From Malacoraja senta (Eukaryota), in contig JAXLNO010000539.1 of NCBI GenBank assembly GCA_038087875.1, positions 1 through 64,000 on the forward strand: a DNA stretch of 64,000 nucleotides, read 5' to 3'. A program made the translations under genes and the position numbers. The notes under the pieces are model-generated. The model had not been told where the DNA came from. It did no database searches and saw nothing but the letters and a program-made list of their open reading frames with translations. Below, in pieces: positions 1 through 10,740 of this stretch; positions within the stretch are counted from its first letter, which is position 1; each line of letters starts with the position of its first letter.

Positions 1-55
1 AGAGAGGAACAGCTAGTCTGAGAGAGAGACAGAGAGAAAGGGATCAGAGGAGAGG

Positions 56-1200
56 CTGGCCAGTTACCCCCCCCCCACAACTTTCCCCATTGGTCAGTTT
101 TCCCCCCATCCTCATTGGCCAGTTACCCCCCCAAACCCCATTGACCAGTTACCCCCCCAAACCCCATTGGCCAGTTACCCCCCCCAAACCCCATTGACCA
201 GTTACCCCCCCATCCCTAACTCCATTAGCCAGTTACCCCCACATCCCCATTGGCCAGTTACCCCCCATCCCTAACTCCATTAGCCAGTTACCCCCCATCC
301 CCATTGGCCAGTTACCCCCCCCATCCCTAACTCCATTGACTAGTTACCTCCCCAAACCCCATTGGCCAGTTACCCCCCCAAACCCCATTGGCCAGTTACC
401 CCCCCATCCCTAACTCCATTAGCCAGTTACCCCCACATCCCCATTGGCCAGTTACCCACCCATCCCTAACTCCATTGACTAGTTACCCCCCAAACCCCAT
501 TGGCCAGTTACCCCCCCAAACCCCATTGGCCAGTTACCCCACCATCCCATTGGCCAGTTACCCCCCCACCCTATCTCAATTGGCCAATAACCCCCATATC
601 CCCATTGGCCAGTTACCCCCCCCACCCCTATCTCAATTGGCCAGTAACCCCCATATCCCCATTGGCCAGTTACCCCCCCATCCCCATTGGCCAGTTACCC
701 CCCCACCCCTATCTCAATTGGCCAGTAACCCCCCATATCCCCATTGGCCAGTTACCCCCCCATCCATAACTCATTGGCCAATTACTCCCATTGACCAGTT
801 ACCCCCATATCCCCATTGGCCAGTTACCCCATCCCTAACCCCATTGGCCAGTTACCCCCTATCCCCATTGGCCAGTTACCCCCATATCCCCATTGGCCAG
901 TTATCCCCCTAACCCCATTGGCCAGTTAACCCCCTAACCCCATTGGCCAGTTACCCCATCCCCTACCCCATTGGCCAGTTACCCCCTATCCCCATTGCCC
1001 AGTTACCCCCTAACCCCATTGGCCAGTTACCCCCACATCCCCATTGGCCAGTTACCCCTAACCCCATTGGCCAGTTACCCCCACATCCCCATTGGCCAGT
1101 TACCCCCCTAACCCCATTGGCCAGTTAACCCCATTGGCCAGTTACCCCCCTAACCCCATTGGCCAATTACCCCCCTAACCCCATTGGCCAGTTACCCCCC
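56..1200. repeat. C-rich minisatellite, ~25-28 bp unit CCCCATTGGCCAGTTACCCCC(N), about 40 units
   Basis: Direct tandem reiteration visible; some units contain CCCTAACCC; ORFs 388-1128 are artefacts of it. Confidence 0.95.
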
Positions 1201-1819
1201 ACGAACCGGACCATAGCGGAAGACCCACCCCCTCTCCTCGCTGATTGGCTACGACGTGGTCCGGCCGCCGTTCCTGACTGGCCGCCGCTGTCACTCACGT
1301 CTCGCTGGTCCCGCCCCGCCCGGGGCCGCTGCTGATTGGGTGGCCGCCGCTGTCCGTCACTCCCGAGTCGGTCCCGCCTCCGCGGCCGCTGCTCCCGATT
1401 GGTCGGGCCGGTCCCGCCCCCCACGTCTGCCCGGCCGCCGATTGGCCGCCGCCGCTGTCGCTCAGCGTCCCGCTGGTCCCGCCCCGCCCCGCCCCCCCCC
1501 CCCCCCGCGACCGGGCGCCTCCGACGATCGCCGGCGGGCGACGAAAGGACAAAGACGGAGGCAAAATGGCGGCTGCGCTGCCCCCGCCGGCGCCTCCCGT
1601 CCGCGCTGCCCCCGGGCTTCCCTCGGCACCCTCGGCCAGTCCAAGACCCCTCCCCGCCCCGCCGATGCAGCTCCTCGACCCTCCTCTCCGCCGATGCCGA
1701 TGCCGCCGACTCGAAGCGCCCTCCCCCCCCTCCTCCTCCTCCACCCTCCCTCCCTCCTTCCTCCCGCCGGGTGACGGCCGCTGTCGCCAGAACCCCTCCC
1801 CCCCCGCCTCCTCCCCACC

Positions 1820-2140
1820 GCGCCCGTCGCCATGGCAACGAGGCCCGCAGCGCCGCCCTGGCGACCCGGAGGAGCAGCTACACCCCTTCCCCCCCCCCCC
1901 GCGCGCCCGTCGCCATGGCAACGAGGCCCGCAGCGCCGCCCTGGCGACCCGGAGGAGCAGCTACACCCCCCCCCCCCCCGCGCCTGTCGCCACGGCAACG
2001 AGGCCCGGCGCGCCGCCCTGGCGGCCCGGAGGAGCAGTTACACCCCTCCCCCCCCCCCGCGCCCGTCGCCATGGCAACGAGGCCCGCAGCGCCGCCCTGG
2101 CGGCCCGGAGGAGCAGCCACAACCCCCTCCACCCCCCCTT
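1820..2140 (+). repeat. Four ~77-83 bp GC-rich tandem units starting GTCGCCATGGCAACGAGGCCCG
   Basis: ATG/ACG of the units at 1832, 1915, 1992 and 2071; units separated by poly-C runs. Confidence 0.9.
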
Positions 2141-2157
2141 GGAGGTCCGAGGCTTGA
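1832..2157 (+). CDS. Possible coding part of exon 1 of an uncharacterised gene (Pro-rich); may instead be 5' UTR or start at ATG 1566
   Basis: ORF from Kozak ATG 1832 reaches donor 2157|GTGAGT in phase 2, in frame with exon 19698 (GA+A AAA GCC ATG). Confidence 0.35.
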
Positions 2158-2359
2158 GTGAGTGGGAGAGGAACTGTTTGCAGGTTAGAGTCATAGAGTG
2201 TGTGTGTGTGATAGAGTCATAGAGCGTGGAAACACTCAGGCCCTTCTGCCCAACTTGCCCACACCGAGCACTATTACTGTTTGTTTTTGCATGTGTGTGT
2301 GTGTATATATATATGCATAAGTCAAGTCTCAAGAGAGTTTATTGTCATGTGTCCTTGAT

Positions 2360-3392
2360 GTAGCAATGTTACAACATTTTGTGATTTTAAAAATAAAGTC
2401 TGCAATTTATCCCATCAGATAAAGCATAAAAAGAAGTTTAATCTGACACTTAATTCACTTTCATATCTTCAGTATTAAAAACGTTATGGCCATTATCATA
2501 CTCAGAAATTAGCATCTAGTTCCCTATTGCTTTTCCACTTAACACAAAAGCTGTGATCGAGGACAGTTAAAAGCCCATAACTTTCTTAAAAATTATGATA
2601 ACTGAAAGAAATTTTCAGGTATTATAGATTGAAGCATTCTGAAACAAATATGAAACAATCTTACTTCGAAGAAATGAAAGTAAAGCATATAATTAGTTAG
2701 TTACCTAATTGCAGCTAATTACAAAATTCAATTACTAGATCTAAACATCTATCAATTTCTTAAGAATAGATTAACATTTTTAAATAGCCTGTGTCCAAAT
2801 AACATTCACACAATAATTCACAATATAACATAATTTTTAAATCTAATTTTCATGAATTTACAGGCCAAATGGAAGGAATTGAATGTTTAATACCTGTAAA
2901 TGAATGGGGATTTAATTCATCTTGCGAGTGAGGATTACTGGAACGCGATCTTTTGGAACGTTGATTTGCGGTGAATTTAACCCCGTATTGGCATGAAAAA
3001 TACTGCCGTTAATTCGGGAATAAAATCACCGTGTCGCATGACAAAATGTGAATTAAAGGCTTCTTAAGAAGCACTTTTATACATTTAAAGAAAACACTTT
3101 CGTTTACCTGTCCGTGTGTGAAATCCGTCCCCGTTATCGGCGTTGACGCTTCAGGAGCTGCTTTTAAAATTACTGTAGCGCTGACATTGACGATTTAATA
3201 AAAATAAAAATTCACAAATCGCCGGTAGGAACGATTTTGTCAGCCAAGGCTTGTACTCCAACAAAATATTCCAGGACAAGGGAGGAGAAACCCGCGTTTT
3301 AACCCCGCCCCCCCTTAAAGGCGCCAAAATCGCGCACACGGCCAGTGGCAGAATTACAGCGCGACTGAAGGTAAGTTTTGTAACATACCTAC
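2360..3392. mobile_element. Non-autonomous DNA transposon, unclassified
   Basis: Imperfect TIRs GTAGCAATGTTACAA / TTGTAACATACCTAC; duplicated flank TTGAT (or CTTGATG); removal restores the LINE tail gtgtccttgatgggacaatg. Confidence 0.75.
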
Positions 3393-3448
3393 TTGATGGG
3401 ACAATGAAATTCTTGCTTTGCTTCAGCACAACAGAACATAGTAGGCAT

Positions 3449-3577
3449 CAGTCTGAAGAAGGGTTTCGGCCCGAAACGTTGCCTATTTCCTTCGCTCCAT
3501 AGATGCTGCTGCACCCGCTGAGTTTCTCCAGCACTTTTGTGTACCTTCGATTTTCCAGCATCTGCAGTTCCTTCTTA
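3449..3577 (+). mobile_element. Short Penelope-like terminal-repeat insertion with hammerhead-like core
   Basis: 16-bp TSD AGAACATAGTAGGCAT (3433-3448, 3578-3593); same sequence follows the GIY-YIG ORF at 48254-48350. Confidence 0.8.
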
Positions 3578-4144
3578 AGAACATAGTAGGCATTGACTAC
3601 AAAGCAGATCAAAGGACAACAAAGACTAAGGACATTTATTGCCACATACACCAAATGGTGTAGTGAAATTTGTTCTTGCCATGCAGCATAAATAGACACA
3701 ACATTAAAGAAATGTAACATAAAACATAAAAACATCCCCCCGTCCAGTCCAGTCCATATCCCCTTGTCCACCCATAGTCTGGCCTATATAGGCCTCCACA
3801 GTCGCCGCTATGGGGGCCGATGTTACAGGCCCTTCTTCGCCGGGTGATGGTGCTCTGGCGTCGGGAGAGCCCTCTCAGCAGCTTGGGACACCTGGAACGG
3901 CGTCTCCCTACCGGAGTCCGCGCCTTCCGAAGCCGACAGGCCGCGCTGGATGGAGCTCCACCACTGGCGATCTCGTCGCGAGATCCCAGGCTCCCGATGT
4001 AAAGTTCAGCGCCAGAGCTGGACGCTCCACAGTCCCGCAGCTCCACGATGTTCACCTGCGGTCTCAGCTCACCGGAGCTCCAGCGCGGCAACCCGGGCAA
4101 GGCATCACCCGCTCCGCGATAGCGCTCCAGCGCTGTGTGATAGC

Positions 4145-4569
4145 GATCAGTGTGTCCATATATCATTATATAAATCTATACACACATGAATAAATAAACT
4201 GATAAAGTGCAAATAAACAGATAATGGGCTATTAATGTTCATAGTTTTGTCCGAGCCAAGTTTAGTGGCCTGATGGCTGTGGGGAAGTAGCTATTCCTGA
4301 ACCTGGTCGTTGCAGTCTTCAGGCTCCTGTACCTTCTACCTGAAGGTAGCGGGGAGATGAGTGTGTGGCCAGGATGGTGTGGGTCCTTGATGATGCTGCC
4401 AGCCTTTTTGAGGCAGCGACTGCGATAGATCCCCTCGATGGAAGGGAGGTCAGAGCTCATGATGGACTGGGCAGTGTTTACTACTCTTTGTAGTCTTTTC
4501 CGCTCCAGGGCGCTCAAGTTGCCGAACCAAGCCATGATGCAACCGGTCAGCATGCTCTCTACTGTGCAA
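4145..4569 (-). mobile_element. Rex/Babar-type LINE 3' fragment
   Basis: CTVESMLTGCI..W..LQRVV..IIKDPHHPGH..LPSGRRYRS..RFRNSYFP C-terminal signature. Confidence 0.85.
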
Positions 4570-5199
4570 AGTGTGTGTGATAGAGTCATAGAGCTTGGAA
4601 AACACTCAGGCCCTTCTGCCCAACTTTCCCACACCGAGCACTATTACTGTTTGTGTTTGTATTGTGTGTGTATATATATATATATATATATGTATATATC
4701 AAGTCAAGAGAGTTTATTGTCATGTGTCCCAGAGAGGACAATGAAATTCTTGCTTTGCTTCAGCACAACAGAACATAGTAGGCATGAATACAGAACAGAT
4801 CAGTGAGTCCATATACCATTTATAAATATATACACACACAATAAATAAGCAGATAAAGTGATAGGAGTAGAATTAGGCCATTTGGTCTACTCCATCAAGT
4901 CTACTCCCCATTCAATCATGGCTGATCCATCTCTCCCCTCCTAACCCCATTCTCCTGCCTTCTCCCCATAACCCCTGACTCGTACTGATCAAGAATCAAT
5001 CTATCTCTGCCTTAAAAATATCCATCGACTTGTGGCCTCCACAGCCTTCTGTGGCAATGAATTCCACAGATTCACCACCCTCCGACTAAAGAAATTCCTC
5101 CTGATCTCCTTCCTAAAAAGAACATCCTTTAATTCCTCTAATCCTGGACTCTCCCAATCGATCCATCCACAGTGTACAGGTACAGGATAAAGGGAGTAA

Positions 5200-5417
5200 A
5201 GGGGCCTGTCCCACTTTCATGACCTAATTCACGACCTCTGCCGAGTTTGCCCTTGACTCATACTCACAGCATGGTCGTCACGAGGTCGTAGGCAGGCCGT
5301 GATGCTAGTCGTAGGTACTCGTGGCATCAAGTAGGTCGGGCCGTTATTCTAGCCTGATGAAAAATGTCCACGAGTTAAAAAGGTCGTGAATTAGGTCGTG
5401 AAAGTGGGACAGGCCCT
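5200..5417. mobile_element. PIF/Harbinger-type MITE
   Basis: ~35-bp TIRs AGG(G)GCCTGTCCCACTTTCA.GACCTAATTCACGACCT; TAA TSD at 5197-5199 and 5418-5420. Confidence 0.85.
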
Positions 5418-5946
5418 TAATGTTTAGTACAAGGTAAAGCCCGATTAAAGATCGTCCGAGGATCTCCAGTGAGGGTATGGTGCGGTGCAAGTCTTGTGGG
5501 TGGTGGGGGCCTGCAACGCGCTACCAAGGGTGGTGGCGGGAGGCAGATATGACAGTGGCGTTTAGGAGGCTTTTAGTTAGGCCTCCTAACATAGGGATAG
5601 GGATCGCGTTGTTATTGTGTATCCACATGCGACGTGGGAGTTGTTTAAAGGCCAGTTGATCGAAATTCAGGACTGACGTATTCCAGTGAGGAGGAGTAGG
5701 GAGAAGGGTGGCAAATTGGGAGCCTTGGATGACCAAAGAATTTGTAAATTTGGTCAACAAAGACAAAGGAAGCAGATGGAAGTTTTAAGAGGATGGATCT
5801 GACAGGGCCTTTGAGTAACGTAAAGAAAGGAGGAGGGGCGATTAGAAGGGCCAAAAGGGGCCACAAAATGGCTTTGGCAATCGTAGTCATACAGTGTGGA
5901 AACAGGCCCTTCGGCCAAACGTAGCGTAGAGACCACATGCATATTT

Positions 5947-6207
5947 AGTTTAGAGATACAGCGCGGAAAAAGGCACTTCGGCCAAACTTAGCATAGAGAG
6001 CACATGCTTTGCATATTTAGTTTAGAGATACAGCGTGGAAACAGGCCCTTAGGCCTACCGAGTCTGCGCCGACCAGCGATCTCCGCACATTAACACTATC
6101 CTAGGGACATTTTTTACATTTACCAAGCCAATTATCCTACACACCTGTATGTCTTTGGCGTGTGGGGAGGAAACCGAAGATCTCGGAAAAACCCACGCAG
6201 GTCACGG
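5947..6207 (-). mobile_element. HE1/V-SINE, 3' part, interrupted by the ERV (5' part at 12232-12347)
   Basis: SINE consensus ...gcaggtcACGG|ggagaacgtacaaactcc... is split exactly at the ERV. Confidence 0.9.
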
Positions 6208-6746
6208 TGTGAGATTCAAATTCACAAACGCTTTTAGAGATAAAGTCAGCAAAGAAGCTTTTTATTCAAATCATATTCTGCAGAATAGGTGCCTCTCCTC
6301 TGATGTCCCCTAGAGGCACACCGAGGATCGGGATGACTTCTATCTTTATACATTTCATGGGTATCATTGTCACACCCTCATCCCTCCCCATTGTGCTTCT
6401 CCAATCATAACATAAAGCCCACATTCCCACGAGAACGTCCTGGAACGTCCACCCGACGTCAAAGACACCTCCCATATCATGCATCGCATGTGCATTTAAT
6501 GAGACATCTTGTCATAGTGGGTGTGTGTACATATTCATGTAAGTTCATTGCCCATGTGCACTGAGTGTTTCTCCTGACCCTTACCCTAGTTCTTGGGCTG
6601 GGCTGTTGCTATCTTCTCTGTTCTCATCCTTGAAAAAGTCACCATCTGTACTCGTCCTTCACTCCCCCTATCCTCCCTACTATACTCCCTACTATACAAA
6701 GGGTTCTTGTCTAAATCAACTTATACCTATTAACCCCTTCCTCACA
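6208..6746 (-). repeat. ERV 3' LTR (539 bp)
   Basis: Near-identical to 11691-12231; minus-strand TATAAA at 6345-6350 and AATAAA at 6261-6266; purine-rich AAAAGTAAAAGTGTGGAT (PPT) at 6747-6764. Confidence 0.95.
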
Positions 6747-6789
6747 ATCCACACTTTTACTTTTGCTACTGCAATCTTTGATTTAGACT

Positions 6790-7720
6790 ATCTGCCCCTT
6801 CTCTAATGCTAGCAGCAGAATCTTCGCCTCCTTATCTTCCTCTCGCTGGTCATACTGTGTTTTAAATTCGATAGACAGGGAGGTGAGACCTGCTAGGGCT
6901 CTCGATACTGACCCATCAGGAGCAGTGATGTTGGGGATGAAGGTGCAACATTGTTCCCCAAACATTACACACACCCCTCCCTTCTCAGCCAGTAGCATGT
7001 CTAAGGCCATGCGATTTTGCCAGGGCCCATTAGGCTGCTATCTGTCAGTTGTTCCGCTAATCCTTCAACCGCATCTCGAGTGTAATTTATAAAGCGTTGT
7101 TGATTGTAGTATAGGTAGTTGATCCAGTCCACATTTTTATTAAGTGTGGACCACCAGAAGAGTATGGACTCAAAGCCCGCAGCTATCTGGTTTCTGGCTT
7201 TGAATTCATCGGGTACCCCTATCGCATCTATATATATGTGTGTGTCGAAGGGGCTGTCCTTTGTATTGTTGTTGCTAGCCGGGAATAGGTAATGATAACT
7301 CTGGCAGGTCGCATCCTTTGGTAGGATGCGATTCGTGAATAGCTGTAGTATACCATGACATAGCCCCAGGTGTCCTATCCCAATTCAAGGGAAATGGTTC
7401 TGGAACCAGCTGAGGCTTAGCTCCGGCACAGGCGTAGCAATTGGTGTGTTGCATACTCCTGGCCGTGTACATCATCCAGGCAAGCCAGGTGTTGGCTCCC
7501 TTCCCTCCTGTAGGTATTCCCTCCTCATATAATTGCCTTAATTCTGTTCTCCTGCTACTACCATTATCTTCAAATCCTTAGGCACATTCTCCCTGTTCTA
7601 TCTGCACATCCTTCCACTTTCCTGCATTTGAACACTCTGTATGCTTACATAGTTGGGTAACCACCCAACACACGACCCACCAAACACGAAATCTTCATTT
7701 TCCCGCGGGTTCTTGTTAAA
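6790..7720 (-). pseudogene. env: ERV env remnant (gamma-type)
   Basis: SU CYAC motif; ARNQIAAGFESILFWWSTLNKNVDWINYLYYNQQRFINYTRDA; ISD QNRMALDMLLAEKGGVC; CX6CC (CVMFGEQCC); frameshifted, no membrane anchor seen. Confidence 0.9.
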
Positions 7721-7769
7721 TATTAAAGTCAATGGTTCCTCTCCTTTGCGCACAGTCCACGGCTGATAT

Positions 7770-8075
7770 TGTTTGGTGGGGCCTCCACAGGACCCTTAAA
7801 TCGGCTTGCATGTGTCCACCCTTTTTCTTTTGTTCGTACTGCTGTCTCGGTGATTAGTAACACCAGGTAGGGTCCAGTCCACTTAGGTTGCAGCTTTTCT
7901 TCCTTCCATGATGTTACAAGATCCCAGTCCGCCGCTTTCACAGAATGGATTGGAAAGTTGAGATGGGGACTCTGTGCCAGCAGCCCCTTGGTTCTTAATT
8001 CTGTAATAGAACGAGATACTGCCAGTAAATAGTTCCTTAGGAATACATCATTCCCTTGTATTTGTTGGGACCCCT
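7770..8075 (-). pseudogene. pol: Retroviral integrase C-terminal remnant A
   Basis: GLLAQSPHLNFPIHSVKAADWDLVTSWKEEKLQPKWTGPYLVLLITETAVRTKEKGWTHASRFK (GPY motif). Confidence 0.9.
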
Positions 8076-8084
8076 TCTATCGTT

Positions 8085-9050
8085 CCTAAATAATAAAGAC
8101 CTAACTTGTTCAACCTTTCTCTGTGTCTTAGTTGCTGAAACCCAGTCAACATTCTAATTGATCTCCTCTATACTCTCTCTATTTTGTTGACATCCTTCCT
8201 ATAATTATACCTACCAAAATTATACACCATACTCCACAATTGACCTCACCAATACCTTGTACAATTTAACATTACAACCCAACTTCTATACACAATGCTC
8301 TGATTTATAAAGGCCAACACACCAAAATCTTTCTTTACCATCCTATCTTCATGAAATTCCACCTTCAGGGAACCATGCACAGTTATTCCTAGATCCGCCT
8401 GTTTCAACTTCATTCCTCAATTCACAATCCTTTACCGTGTACGTTCAATTTTGATTTGTCCTGCCAAGATGTATCACCTCACACTTATCAAAATTAAACC
8501 CATCTGTCATGTTTCAACCCATTCTTCCAAATAACCTAAATCTCTCTGTACACTTTTTTTAAATCTACTTCATTATTCACACACCACCTATCTTAGTATC
8601 ATCTACATACTTATTAATCTATTTTACCACACCAACATCCAGATTATTGATCCACATGACAAACAACAGTGGACCCAACACACATCCCCGAGGTACCCTT
8701 CTAGTCACTGACCTCCAACCTGACAAACATCCATCCACCATTGTCTCTTGACATATCCCATACAGCCACTTTTTAATCCATCTTGCTATTCCTTACTAAC
8801 CCTTCTTAACCAACCTTATTTCCTTATTGAACCTTGTCAAAGGCCTTACTGAAGTTCATCTAGACAACATCCACCACTTTACCCTCATCAATTTCCCTAA
8901 TAACCTTTTCAAAAAAATTCAAGATTAGTCAAACATCACAATCACAAATCCATGCTAATTCTTCCTAATCCTACCCTATTCTTATATATTGTCTTAAGTA
9001 TGCTTTCCATTATTTTGCCCACCACTGATGTCAAACAACGTTCTTGTTCA
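8085..9050 (-). mobile_element. CR1 LINE RT fragment inside the ERV
   Basis: Minus strand reads VPRGCVLGPLLF...DDTKIGG, degenerate CR1 GVPQGSVLGP / FADDTK motifs. Confidence 0.85.
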
Positions 9051-9194
9051 AACTCTACTCTTTTCTCACATCTCTTGTCCTCCAGATACATTACCTCAGG
9101 GCTATCTATTCATACCTGCGGGACAGCCCTCAGGTATTATTGAAATGGTACCAGGTATATCAACCTTCTACCTGAACATCGGTCGGTAGTTTAG

Positions 9195-9560
9195 AAAACT
9201 CATACATACACCTTGTCTTCAGGTTTAAAGGGTCCTTCCTCCTGGTCCACCTCCAACAGCTTTTACTTTTCCTGTTCATAAATAGACTTTATATCATAAT
9301 TAACTGTTTCATATACTTTTAAAATTCTATCTTTAACTGTTCCAAACTCGGTCTCTTGTAGGGACCTCTCCATTGTGCCAACTGCTCGGTTAGTTTGCAT
9401 GCAACATATCTTCAGTGCCAATGGCCGGGCATCGATCCAATTCAACTTTGTAATTAAACAAATCTTATTTATATTAACCTTCAATGTTCCATTTATTCTT
9501 CCACCATGCCTGTGACTGCAGGTGTTACATACTCAAATGTGTATTTTACTCTAAGGGTCT
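9195..9560 (-). pseudogene. pol: Retroviral integrase remnant B
   Basis: KICLITKLNWIDARPLAL...EGPFKPEDKVYV*VF, resembling the IN core end and PGDxVYV region; in-frame stops. Confidence 0.7.
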
Positions 9561-9779
9561 CTATCGCCAACTTAGCTACTCCCTAAATGAAAACAATCCG
9601 TTGTCAAAGCTGATTTCTGTTGGTCTACCAAACCTCTTAATTACCTTATTCATCATAAACGACACTACAGGCTTATACCTAATCTAGTCTGAACTATATC
9701 CTGCCTTTAAATCCCTTTCTCTCTTGGGGACCCCAGTCCTGTTAGGGCTTATATCCAGATTAATTTCACTCCTGATAGG

Positions 9780-10740
9780 ACTTTTTGAGGAAACGTACCC
9801 CAAAGACATTCATTATTGGCATGTAATTCTCTGGCCCTGCTTGGTTCCGTCATAGGACTCACTTAGGTCCATTGTTTATTGACAACCCTCCTCCTGCTGG
9901 TTTGCAAGTCTTTTTCCTATCTTTGCGATATTTCTCGACCGCAGAGACCAACTGTTCGCTGAATCTGCTTGACTTTAAGAAGAATGACATCCACCACAGT
10001 AGTTCATAATATAATGTTCATCAATCAACTCTCCACCCTTTCAGCTGGTTTTCCAGATAGGCTGCTGGATTACATTGTCTGAGGGCCTGCCATGCCCTCT
10101 GCCTGTTCATAATATAATGTTCATCAATCAACTCTCCACCTTTTCAGCTGGTTTTCCAGATAGGCTATTTGCCTTTCCTTCTGTATCTCCCCTTGTTCCT
10201 TGGGGTTCCTCTTAAGTGGGTAACATTGTCTGAGGGTCTGCCATACCCTCTGCCTGACTGTCAAACAGTATGCCACTGCTTGTTACATTGTTCGCATCAG
10301 TTTATACCATCCATCTTCAGTAGTTCTGTCACTTTAGTGGTTCCTATCACTTATACCAACAGTGCTTTCAAATCTTCCATGATCAATAATCGTCCCACGT
10401 TCTCCTCCTCCAAAGCCCTAATCCATTTCCTCCCCCATCAGGGATATAGGGTGAGGTATTTTTTTAGCCCTTTCAGTTTATGGGTGCCCCAAGGGATAAT
10501 CCGTGTCTGTCCTTCTCTTTTCTCTTTAAAGAAGTCTCATCACTTTATCCCAATGCTTCCAACTTTAATCCTTTTCTGGTATGCCTTCTTTCTAATTCTA
10601 ATCTCAATTTCTTGCTTCCCAAATATTCTAGCCTCCTTGCAAAAATCTTCCACTGACTCCTCCTGCTTTATTACTTTTACACCTGTCGTTTTTCTACTTC
10701 TGTTATCTTCTAACTGCCTCTCTCTCCTTTCTTTCTAAAC
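9780..10740 (-). pseudogene. gag: gag remnant
   Basis: KWIRALEEENVGRLLIMEDLKALLV and AVEKYRKD segments resemble fish class I Gag; position just downstream of the leader. Confidence 0.6.

Larger units (their letters stand above)
1201..2157 (+). promoter_or_regulatory. CpG-island promoter / first exon
   Basis: Very GC- and CpG-rich; ATTGG (CCAAT) boxes near 1245, 1335, 1398 and 1441; GC boxes CCCCGCCC; YY1 consensus CAAAATGGCGGC at 1562-1573; donor GTGAGT at 2158. Confidence 0.8.

Noticed and set aside
388..1128. Pro-rich ORFs
   Set aside because: Translation of the minisatellite; non-ATG starts
1167..2332. Minus-strand Gly/Arg-rich ORFs
   Set aside because: Stop-poor GC-rich island; no domain or splice support
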